Source: Octopus vulgaris | Taxonomy: Eukaryota | Reading direction: 5' to 3' | Length of the DNA stretch: 64,000 nt | Assembly: GCA_951406725.2 (NCBI GenBank) | Contig: OX597831.1 | Span: forward strand, 83,638,001-83,702,000 | Shown here: positions 1 through 11,600 of the stretch, in pieces | Position numbering within the stretch: the stretch's first letter is position 1 | Layout: every line of letters starts with the position of its first letter | Made by a program: the position numbers and the translations under genes | The notes under the pieces: model-generated | Database searches by the model: none | What the model saw: only the letters and a program-made list of their open reading frames with translations | What the model was told of the DNA's origin: nothing

Positions 1-2455
1 CCCGAACTCTCCTATAACATTCCTTCCTGATCTTCTCTTTCATGCTTGCATGCTGAATACCAGAGCCTTCATTTATCCCTAAATATTTGTAAGTTTGTTC
101 TTGCTCAAACTCTCTTATGACTGTGTCAACATCTAACACGACTGAATTTGTGGTCTTCACTTTCCCTTTCTGGAAAGTGGCCTTGGCACACTTCTCAAGC
201 CCAAACTCCATCCCGATGTCATCACTGAATGCTTTCACGGTGTGCAATTCAAGTTCATTATCGTCTTTACCATAGAGTTTTAAGTCATCCATATAAAATA
301 GATGGCTTATTTTTTATTGACAATTTTATACCCATACTCTGTTCTGTTTAATTCACTTTTAAGGGGTATTAGGGCTATGCAGAATATTAGAGGTGAAAGT
401 GAGTCACCTTGAAAAATGCCACAGTTGATGTTTATATTCTCTGAGGCAAGTACTCCATTAGAGTTGTATAATTGGAGATTCGTATTCCACAACGACATAT
501 TATGCTTCAGGAAGCTTGAAATAACAGGGAAATTTTGAAGATGTCCAGTGATTTCAAGATCCATGAATGCGGTATCCTGTCGAAGGCCTTTTTATAGTCA
601 ATCCATGCGGAGCTGAGATTTCTGCGCTTGTGACAGTTCTCAAGGATCATACGATTAATTAGCAGTTGATCTTTGTATCCGTATGAGCCTCGGCGGCACC
701 CTTTTTGTTTAATGGGGAAAATATCGTTCTTCTCCATGAATGCATATGTTTTCTCCGCCAGGATAGATGTTAGGATTTTATACGTGGTGGATAAACAGGT
801 TATAGGCCGATAGTTATTTGGAAGTTTGGTTTTGTTATTCTTTGGGAGTAGGTAAGTAATACCACTTGCTAACCATTCAGGTGTTTTCTTTGGGTCTCTC
901 ATAATTCCATTGAGCAGCTGAACTAGCTTATCGTGTGCGCATGGGAGCGATGAGAGCACCCTATCTTTACTGGGGGATTTCCAATTATGGGCCTTCATGA
1001 GTGCCTTTCTTAGGTCTGCTATTGTGATGTCTTCCCATGCTTGTTGTTGTAAATTTTGGTAGGATCCGTCTGTTTGTATAGTCCAGTTTGCATTTATGTT
1101 GTACGTCTTCTCGTCACTCCAAATCCTTTTCCAAAAGTTTTGAACTTCTTCCATGGGAGGGGGGTCTTTAACGGTTACTTTCTCCTTCCCGATTTCTCTG
1201 TAGAATTTTTTGGCATTGGATGTGAACAGCTTATTTTGCTTGTAAAACTTGTTTCTCTTCTCAAATCTTCGTATTCTTTGGGCTTTTGCTTGGACTTTGT
1301 GTTCCAGCGTTTCTTTTATTGATATCAGTTCTTCTCTTGGTGAGGATCCAAATTTTCTCTTCATCTTTCTTCCTGTTCTGGATCTTGCATCATTTCCACA
1401 TATTAGTTCATTTAATATTGATATTTCCCCTCTCATAAATTCAATCTCTTTTTCAATTTTACTTCTCCAGGTTTGGTTTTCTTTGTTTTTTCGGGGGCAT
1501 ACAGCTGGTTTCAATTGCCCTAACAGAAGCGTAAATAATTTCATTTAACTCAGTAAAATCAGGTTTTAATTCTTGTATTATTTCATTTGTTACATAGTTG
1601 CCAATTTTGATTTGTTTTCTATATTGGTTTGTATTTGAGAGTTTATGAAGTGGTTCTCTATTATTCATACTTGTATGTCTTACAACTTCAAGCGTATTCA
1701 GGATTTTCTGCCACATTTCTGCCATAGACTCTCTGTGTTCTTCAGCAAATGTGAGATCTTCAGTTACTATTGTTTTTATCTTTTTCCTGACTATCTTTAA
1801 CAGGTTCAATAGAGTTTCTTGTATCTTCAGGCCTTTGCGTACTTTGGTCAGATGGCAGTCTTTCAATTAAGCCTCATAGCGGGCTATTCTGTTCATCTGT
1901 GTCTTATATTTATGTCATTTTCCGTTGCGTGCTTGATCGCGCTTATTTCACTGTCTGTGAGTCTGTTATTTCTAAGGATATCCCTCCTCACATTTGCCAA
2001 TTTGTTCTCGTCCAAATAGGGCCTACTGTCTTGATTCCGTGTTCTCCATATACTGTAAGAGTTTGTGGTGTGTCTCTCTTGAGATGGCCTACCTAATGCA
2101 TAGTAATAAGCGTATATTACTTCTTTATACTCTTCTCGGGTCCATTTGTTCCACTTACATTTTTCTTTCTGTGGTGGTTGTGGTGGTGAACTTGGAGGGC
2201 TCGAGTTGGGGAATTTCCCGTTCAAGTGACCATCCATGTCCGTATTCGGAGAAGTGTTTGTGCCAGTTGATGACTTTTCGATCCCAGGCTGGCTCTTCCC
2301 TGGCGGACGCGCTTCCAGATTAACCATAGGACAACCGATTTGGTATACTGATTTAGTTTTCCTTTTAGTTTCCAAAAACATTTTGGTGCTATGATAATGT
2401 TATCATTTTTGAGCTCTGAGTGGCCCACGGGGAGACGGCCATCATTGCCGTTACA
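1..2455 (-). mobile_element. R4/Dong-like RLE non-LTR retrotransposon, 5' part, frameshifted; runs off the window
   Basis: RT motifs NYRPITCL, WIDYKKAFD, GIFQGDSLSPL, HLFYMDDLK; N-terminal Myb-like KWTREEYKEVIYAYY; no APE endonuclease upstream of the RT; 5' end abuts a (TAA)n array. Confidence 0.8.
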
Positions 2456-2461
2456 ATTATA

Positions 2462-2526
<65 letters not shown>

Positions 2527-2555
2527 TTATTATCATTATTATTATTATTATTATA

Positions 2556-2935
2556 ATTTGAAAGGGAAGGTGAGAGTAGAGAGGGAAGTGCTGTCCGATA
2601 GCAAGTTTTCTGAAAGGTGGATAAATGTCGCAAGAATGGCAAGTATGAAAGGAGCCATTCTGAGGTTACACCTGTGATTTGAAAAGGTAATATTAAAGGA
2701 GAAAGGGGCTCTCTACCCCACTTTTGACCAGGCTCCCAGTGGCTTTTATGGGGTTTTCCACCAGGAACCTTTCATAACGCCTCCCCCTATTGGGAGTTTT
2801 TCGTTGTTATAATTTTTGATTGTTACACTGTTTTTACACAGTTTTTTACAAACGGACAAAACCCTTTGTAACCTTTCGTCCTGTTTTGTCCTTTTATGTG
2901 ATAATTTGTCAGCCCTTGTGGCCAATAAAAGAATG
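2556..2935 (+). mobile_element. 3' end of an L1/Tx1-like retrotransposon
   Basis: ORF tail LKGKVRVEREVLS...ERWINVARM-stop, then a 3' UTR ending in AATAAA; sits between two (ATT)n arrays. Clade assignment is tentative. Confidence 0.5.
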
Positions 2936-2936
2936 A

Positions 2937-2981
<45 letters not shown>

Positions 2982-2982
<1 letters not shown>

Positions 2983-3200
2983 GGCGGTGAGCTGGCAGAA
3001 TTGTTAGTATGCTGGGCAAAATGCTTAGTGGTATTCGACCTGTCTCTATGTTCTGATTTCAAATTCAACCAAGGTCGACTTTGCCTTTCACCCTTTCAGG
3101 CTCTCTAAATTAAGTACAGTTGCCTACTGGGGTTGATCAAATTGGCTGGCCTCTCCCCGCAAAATTTCAGGCCTGGTGCCTATAGCAGAAAGGATTATTA
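2982..3200 (+). mobile_element. tRNA-derived SINE with Nin-domain-like core
   Basis: GGCGGTGAGCTGGCAGAA head, GTCGACTTTGCCTTTCACCCTTTC...AATTAAGTAC core, (ATT)n tail. Confidence 0.65.
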
Positions 3201-3788
3201 TTATTGTAATTATTATTATTATTATTATTATTAATGTTTTCTTTTTTAATATTCTATGTATATATACGCATGTTATAGTGTATGATGAATTACAACATGC
3301 ACCGTACATACATGTGCACACACACACACACACACATTTATATTCTGATCTAAATCTAATGGGTTTTCTTTTTCTTTCTTATTCAAATATATTATCATGT
3401 GTGCCAAGATATCATTTTTTTTTTAAGTAAATCAATGAACCCAATTTATATTTTTCTATTTCCCATTGTGGAGTAAAAACTGCCTGAGTAGGTAGGTAGG
3501 TAATAATACATTAAACCACCAACTGATGTGTTGAGAGATCAAATCTACTGCAAGCAAGATTGGTTCTTACGATTTTCACTAACCTTAGTTGGTATGTCCA
3601 ACAGGATTAGAAACATCTGAGAACATATCCAAGGCATATGTCAATCATTTTGCCTCTATGTCAAAATATTGGTAAAATTCCTATAAGCCATCTCCAGTGA
3701 AACACAAACACACACGGTACTTATAGTCACTGTAATTATTCTAGTTGTTTATTGTAATGCATAATGAGTAACTGAAACAGGAATATTT

Positions 3789-6026
3789 TGAAAGAAAATG
3801 AATGGGATAAAGAGAGTCTACCGAATGTCGACCCAACAGAGGGACCAGCCATCCGAGTTGACAATTCTTTGGTAGTTAAGGCAATTAGAAGCATGAAGAC
3901 AGGCAAAGACCCAGGCCCATCAGGAATTACTGCAGAGATGCTCAAAATATCTGGCAGTGTTGGCTATAACCTAGTCACCCATATAGTTAATCAGGTGATA
4001 CACAAAGGAGTCATACCCAATGACTGGTGTAGCAGCATACTAGTCAACTGCTACAAAGGTAAAGGAGACGCCCTAGATACAAATAATTACAGAGGTATCA
4101 AGCTGTTGGATCAGGTAATGAAGGTTACAGAGAGGGTCATAGCCCAACTGATTAGGGAGAGAGTCAACTTCGATGAGATGCAGTTTGGTTTCATGCCATG
4201 CCATATTTCTGGTGAGACAGCTGCAGGAGAAATACCTAGCCAAAGATAAGCCCCTGTACCTGGCTTTCGTTGACATGGAGAAAGCCTTTGACAGGGTCCC
4301 CCGATCCCTTATCTGGTGGTCAATGAGGAAACTAGGGATAGATGAATGGCTGGTGAGGGCTGTGTAAGCCATGTATAGGGATGCCGTAAGTAAGGTTAGG
4401 GTTGGCAACATGTACATAGAAGAATTCAAAGTAGAGGTTGGGGTCCACCAGAGTTCAGTACTCAGCCCCCTCCTATTTATCATAGTCCTCCAGGCAATTA
4501 TGGAGGAATTCAAGACAGGTTGCCCCTGGGAGCTCCTCTATGCTGACGACCTTGCTCTAATTGCTGAGTCACTATCAGAACTGGAGGAGAAGTTCCAGGT
4601 GTGGAAGGAGGGTTTAGAATCGAGGGGCCTTAGAGTCAACCTAGCTAAAACCAAAGTACTAATAAGTAGGAAGGTAGACAATTCCACAAATGTCTTCAGG
4701 AAGATGGCCCTGCTCGATCTGTAGAAAAGGTGTAGGTATAAACTCTATAAGATGTACCCAGTGTAAGCTATGGACACATAAGAGGTGCAGCAATGTCAAA
4801 GGAAGGCTAACTGGGAAGATAGTTTTTGTATGTGGCAGATGCTCAGGAGCAATAAACACTGCAGAAAAAAACTTCCGTCACTTTCCAGGGGAAAAAACTA
4901 GAAGTAGTTGATAGCTTCCATTATCTAGGTGACCAAGTCAGTAGTGGGGGTGGGTGCGTTGAAAGTGTAACTGCTAGAGTAAAAATAGCCTGGGCAAAGT
5001 TTAGGGAGCTCTTACCTCTGCTGGTGACTAAAGGCCTCTCGCTCAGAGTAAAAGGCAGACTGTATGATGCATGTGTACGAACAGCCATGCTACATGGCAG
5101 TGAAACATGGGCCATGACTGCTGAGGACATGCGTAAGCTCGCAAGGAATGAAGCCAGTATTCTCCGATGGATGTGTAATGTCAGTGTGCATACTCGACAG
5201 AGCGTTAGTACCTTGAGAGAAATGTTGGACCTAAGAAGCATCAGTTGTGGTGTGCAAGAGAGACGATTGTGCTGGTATGGTCATGTGGCAAGAATGGCTG
5301 AAGATAGTTGTGTGAAAAAGGGCCAATCCCTAGCAGTTGAGGGAACCCGTGGAAGAGGTAGACCCAGGAAAACCTGGGACGAGGTGGTGAAGCACGACCT
5401 TCGAACTTTAGGCCTCACTGAGGAAATGACCAGTGACCGAGACCTTTGGAAATATGCTGTGCGTGAGAAGACCAGGCAAGACAAGTGAGTCCAGCCCACT
5501 TATGCATGCCTTTCCTCCCTTGGACACACAAAGACCTGTTGAGGCAAGCGAAGTCGATATCGAACCTCATCTGACGACAGGCACCGATGCTTGCGAAGAC
5601 CTGTTGGGGCAAGTGAAATCGAAATTGAAATCGAAATCGGAATCGAAATTGAACCAATCCTATGACTGGCACCCGGCAGATGCCAGGACCCCTAGACTGG
5701 TGGTACGTAAAAAGCACCATCCGAATCGTGGTCGATGCCAGTGCCGCCTCGACTGGCTTCCGTGCCGGTGGCACGTAAAATGCACCAATCCGACCATGGC
5801 CATTGCCAGCCTCGCCTGGCACCTGTGCAGGTGGCATGTAAAATGCACCCACTACACTCACGAAGTGGTTGGCATTAGGAAGGGCATCCAGCTGCAGAAA
5901 CATTGCCAGATAAGACTGGAGCCTGGTGCAGCCTTCTGGCTTCCCAGAATCCCGGTTGAACCGTCCAATCCATGCTAGCAAGGAGAACGGACGTTAAACG
6001 ATGATGATGATGATGATGATGATGAT
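3789..6026 (+). mobile_element. RTE-clade LINE, 5'-truncated, with PHD finger inserted in the RT region; (GAT)n tail
   Basis: [37 protein letters not shown]4HC3 finger, RGRGRPRKTW; 3' UTR ending CCATGCTAGCA...CGTTAAAC(GAT)n; a few stops and frameshifts. Confidence 0.93.
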
Positions 6027-6356
6027 CACTGATATTGATCTTTGTCTTTTCAAATGTGCTTTGCTCATTTCTTGAAGCCTATTCTACAGCATATGTGACT
6101 TTGTACATGCAGTTTACATAACAAAATTTGTGAGTTTAAACATGATTTACTATATTGTGCTCTAATAAATCTGGTTCTTTGTCATGCTTTTTCCTTATTT
6201 TCTTACTGTCCATCATCATTGTTTTTAAAAAATATCGCATAAACAGAGCCTGAAAGATTGCTTTAAAATAAATGGCATATTTTATAAATATACCCTGTTC
6301 AAGTATCATAATAGTTATGAAACTATTAGTAGTTCTTTCAACTGTGTATTTGATAG

Positions 6357-6733
<377 letters not shown>

Positions 6734-6744
6734 TTGATATCCTA

Positions 6745-7031
6745 AAACCAAAGTGCCATGTAAAAGGCATTGATGTTGGTGCAGGTTCTGCATAAAAGCC
6801 ACTGGTGCCAGTGCCATGTAAAAAGCACTGATGGTAGTACCACACAAAGAGCACTGGTGCAACTACCACATAAAAAGCACCCACTCTGTCATGTGGTTGG
6901 CATCCAGCTTTAGAAGCCATGCCAAAACAGACCATGGAATCTGGTGTGGCTCCTGGCCTTGCCAGTTCCAGTCGAACCATGCAACCCACACCAGCATGGA
7001 AAATGGACATACAATGACAATGATAATGATG
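6745..7031 (+). mobile_element. RTE LINE 3' UTR fragment, diverged
   Basis: Similar to 5700-6026 (GTAAAAAGCAC repeats, CCAGCATGGAAAATGGAC, GAT tail). Confidence 0.7.
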
Positions 7032-7225
7032 TATAAATAATAATTTTGAATATGGGTTTACACTTTGTAGTAGGCCCTTTAAAGCCAGTTCAGCTATCTC
7101 ATGTCACAACAATATGGATTTGAATGACACTGGATTTATTTCAGGAATTCCTTTGTGCCCATAGAGTTTATAAAATATGAGGGAAAGAAAATAGGACTCA
7201 CAAGACTCATTATTATTCCCTCCAA

Positions 7226-7840
7226 TCATTTTGACCAATGATGCATCGGTGCCTCACAAGTGAGATGCTGTACAAGCGGTTGTGGTGCATCATTGGTGAC
7301 TTCTCAAAAGGTGCCTCATTTTTGAATCCCTGTTTCACTTGTTTCAATTAGAATACATTTTGATTGTTGTCATTTGCTACTTGCAAACATGGGAAATCCG
7401 GGTTAAAATGAAGAACATAAGTATAAACGTTGCCTAGGTCCAGTTTGAATTTCCAGTTGTGTTTTGTTCTATCCATGGTTGTTTTATGGTTTTATTTAAC
7501 AGGTTTCATTATCTGGGCAAATCATATTATTCAATTCACTTATTTTTATATCTATTTTATTTTTTTATTCTTTTATAAGTTGCTTTAATTCTTATATGAG
7601 AAGAGTTCTTCATGATAACCCAAGTTTCTTATGTATACAAGTAGCAAAACGACAACTAATGAAATGTATTTGAATTGAAATAAGCAAAGCAGGGATTAAA
7701 ATACAAGGTACTTCTGATATACAAGGTACTTTATCACATACAAGGTACTTTATCACCTGATAAAGACATATCTGCACTAATGGCACACCATACTATTTGT
7801 ATAGTATCTCACCTGTGAGGCACTGATGGGTTAAAATGAT
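7226..7840. mobile_element. Degenerate piggyBac-like MITE
   Basis: ~55-bp imperfect inverted ends (CATCGGTGCCTCACAAGTGAGAT / ATCTCACCTGTGAGGCACTGATGGGTTAA); right end is GGG-TTAA. Confidence 0.5.
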
Positions 7841-7923
7841 CATAATGAATAATAAAGAGCTTCGTGAATTCTATTTTCTTTTTTAAATCTCAGAACGAGA
7901 TGTAAACAGTAATCGCTCAACAA

Positions 7924-8337
7924 TGTAAAGTATAAAAGCCATCTCAATATGGCTAACCACAAAGGGGGGTATTAATGTAGCTTTTTAGCCCCAGGAGATC
8001 AACGTCTCCAGCTGGCTTTTAATGCTTACAGACAGTTTTTCGAAATCAGTGACAGAAGTCACTAGAAAAACTCTTAAATATTTGCAAACAGGCCTTTTCT
8101 TTCATTGTGATCCGGTGATTACCGCCCGTTGATAAGAGGCAATAACCTCGAAACCACGGTCTGGTGCGTATCACTTAGGCTTACGAGAAAGGGATGGCCT
8201 CCCTTTGCAAACACCATAAGAGCACAGATAGTGTGCCTAAAGCCAGCTAGAGACGTTGATCTCCTGGGGCTAAAAAGCTACAGTAACCCCCCCCCCCTTT
8301 GTGGTTAGCCATATTGAGATGGCTATTATACTTTACA
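7924..8337. mobile_element. MITE with ~95-bp terminal inverted repeats
   Basis: TGTAAAGTATAAAAGCCATCTCAATATGGCTAACCACAAAGGGG...CCAGCTGGCTTT mirrored at about 8239-8337; ~220-bp non-coding interior. Confidence 0.85.
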
Positions 8338-8586
8338 AATTTTCTTTCTTTAATATTTTATAGAGTTTGATATAGCATATTATGTTAAAACTCATATAGA
8401 GTGCACATAAATAAAGTACCAAAATTCTTAATATCAACTGGTCAGGTTATATTTGGTTAATGTTACAGAATGAAAATAAAAATAAAAGGGAAAACATGTA
8501 GTAATTTTGTCATGTTATGTAAGATAATTTCAAGGAAACGCTAAGTCTAGGATTATATTTGAGAGAGATAGTGATAGATAACTTAC

Positions 8587-8699
8587 GTTGACTGGTATCA
8601 GTAAAAAGCTGTTCTCCGCGAAAAATATTGACTGCTGTAGCTGCTAAATAGGGTGCTCTGAAAAAGCGCGTAGCTTTAGGACCATCTTTTATAAGTTCT
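8587..8699 (-). CDS. CAPN5: Calpain-5 coding exon 10 ([31 protein letters not shown]), linker and start of C2 domain
   Basis: ccccag acceptor, gtaagt donor, 113 nt, in phase with exon 9. Confidence 0.85.
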
Positions 8700-11600
8700 C
8701 TGGGGTAGAAGAAAAATAATGACAAATTTTATGCTTTAATCAGAAAAATCTAAACGAAGCACAAAACCGTTTGAAGGAAATTTTTACTAACACCTAACTA
8801 TTTAACAGGTACTTAGTTTATCAACTAGAATGGATATAAAGTTAAGGTTGATTCTGACAAGAGTTGAAAGGATCGTTCTAAGATTCTATAAATTCTTCCA
8901 TTTACTACTCTCACAAATTGTAGTTAAGACACCCGTACTAGTGACACATAAAAAGCACCGTCCAAACGTGGCAGATACCAGCGCTGCCTGACTAGCGTCC
9001 ATGTCAGTGACACGTAAAAAGCACCAACTGATCATGGCCGTTTGCCAGCCTTCTCTGGCCCCTGTGCCGGTGGCACGTAAAAAACATCCACTACACTCAC
9101 AGAGTGGTTGGCGTTAGGAAGGGCATCCAGCTGTAGAAACACTGCCAAATAAGACTGGAGCCTGGTGCAGCCTCCATGGCTTACCAGACTCTGGTCGAAC
9201 CGTCCAACCCATGCTAGCATGGAAAACGGACGTTAAATGATGATGATGATGACAACAATAACAACATGAATGTTGATAGCAAAAATTTACTTTACCTCAA
9301 CTTTACGTTTGAAGTAGCATAAATACGTAATATGAATTCCCCACGTATTTTTGATTCAAAAGTCGATGGGATGATACAGTAAACCCCTTTTTTAAAGGCA
9401 ACTCTTGCAAATACTCCTCGAGCATTAGAAAAAGGGCCTGAATGGATTCTATCGTAGAGTTTGTTGTGAATTCTATATTTCTGATTGATGCCGGCCTAGA
9501 ATTTCATAAAAAAAAAATAGATTCATAAAACCGAAGAACAAAAATAGCAAACTCTAACTCTAACCAGGTTTTTATCTTTAATAAAATTTTTTTGCTTTTT
9601 AAATGTGGGAACTATGAAATGTAAAGATTAAAGGGAGATAACTGTGGAATTGTTTCTCATTGATTCTTCCCCATTCTTGGGGTTATATGATAGCTCTTTC
9701 AAACAAAGGAACTTCTATCAGTTCTAATAGTGTCTATTTGCTTAAACTTTACATAAACATAGTATCTACTTACCGTTATGCTACAATTAAACGGAGACAG
9801 TTGATAATCATTAACTTTAATGATTTATTTTTCTTAGGAAAGATAAGGTAGACAAGTTTAAAATACAAAATTTATCATAAATAAAAAAGGAAAATGTCAT
9901 GGTGTGGTGGGGATATGTGTAATCTTTGATAAATCTGGTCAGCAACTGTAGACATGCTTCAGTGTTATTAAACCTCTCCATGGAAGCACTTACCAGCACT
10001 TCTTAGCATGGCTGTGAATCGTAGAGAGGACAAAGAATCTGAGTCTGAATGTGTGTCCAGTTATAAACTCATTAGTGAACAAGTTGAAGAGACTGACATT
10101 ATGTTGAATTATATATATAAATAAAATAATGTAGAAAATAATAGAATGCAATTATATAGAAGAAAGGAATTAGTAGCATAATGGACACTTTACATTGACA
10201 TCTGTCTAATAAACAACATTTATACTTTTTGTTGTTCCTACAAAAATAGGAAGTTGTGACATTCAAACCTTTGCGCAGAAATGGAAGTGTCACTGTCCCT
10301 AGTATGAAACTCATTTTCATGCCTAGTAAGAAAGTGAGTTTCATTCTTAGCATTTTGAGATCTTAGCTTTATATCAAGAGGCAAACTGTACCAGACAGAC
10401 AGGCACAAACACGCAGACATACATAGGATATACACGAATACATAAGCATGAGTGCACGCATGCACATACTCACACACACATGCATGCACACACACACACA
10501 CACACCTTGGTATATTAGGTCAGTAATATGTTTCGCTAGTGATATTACTATAGTAAAGAAAATATTTTAATAAAATAAATCCTCTATCAGATCATCAATT
10601 ATTATTATTTAATTAGGAAAGACAGCTGAGTAATATCAATGAAATTATTATATAGTTTGAACTTTTGAAGTTCAGTTGGAAAGGAAGGAAAGGAAAAGTG
10701 TTTGAAGTAGGGTGTTTAGGTAAGACACAGTGGGGGTAGATGAAAGAAGGTACCTGAAAGAAATGATTCTTCATCTAGTAAATAGTTGTCAAGTTTAGAT
10801 GAGACCAGAACTATATTAGGCTCTATTCAGTAAATAGTTCAGAGGTAGCCATAATTATAAGAAAGAAGGAATAATAACATTCTTTAAATTATAAGTTTTG
10901 CTTACCCGAAAAACTGTGAAGCCAATCACGTCGTTTTCTTTACCTTTCTTCTTACTTGACCGTTTTTCCGATTGTTCCAAAGACAGCAGTAATTCTTGGG
11001 TGTCATGTATACGGAATAGATACTGCAGAAATAGATAATATTATGTTATTTGGAATTTGTTTTCATGTGATGCAATTTAACATAGAATGGTAACTATGAG
11101 TTATCAGATCTTAAAGAGAAGAGCAAAGCAATGCAATGGTGTAATATTCATACCTTTTTTAAAGGAATCATCACCTGAATCCATTTCTAAACAGCAATAA
11201 TCTACACAACTAAAATCTAACTCTATTTTCTTTAGTAGTAAGACAATGAGACAAAGCATTACCTGGTTAGTATTTTGGTCTTTTGGTAGTAACATGACAG
11301 TGGTAAAGAGAATTGAATGTTTAGGGTAGTAAAAAATACCTGCATTATAATATGAACTCACAGCCTCATGAATCTACTATATCATACTCTATCTATGCAG
11401 CTTTTATACCACGGGCTACAATCAAATCTGAAAATGTGGGGCTTCACAATCATGATAACCAGAATATAATATAATAACATTGTATCTGACAACTCATCTT
11501 CTTCCCAGTAACGTTGGAAACAGATCAGCAAAGATAACAATGAAACTAGTGATGACAAAATCAGCAAGAAAGTAGGAGTTCAACAAAGAACAGTTCTCAC

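Noticed and set aside
2222-2677. Poly-Asn and poly-Ile ORFs
   Set aside because: Translations of (TAA)n arrays.
3584-3617. Possible next calpain exon (ttctcag...gttag) on the minus strand
   Set aside because: In the required phase it hits a stop and shows no C2-domain similarity.
5415-5981. Overlapping ~180-aa ORFs on both strands
   Set aside because: RTE 3' UTR; the frames are not kept in the other copies.
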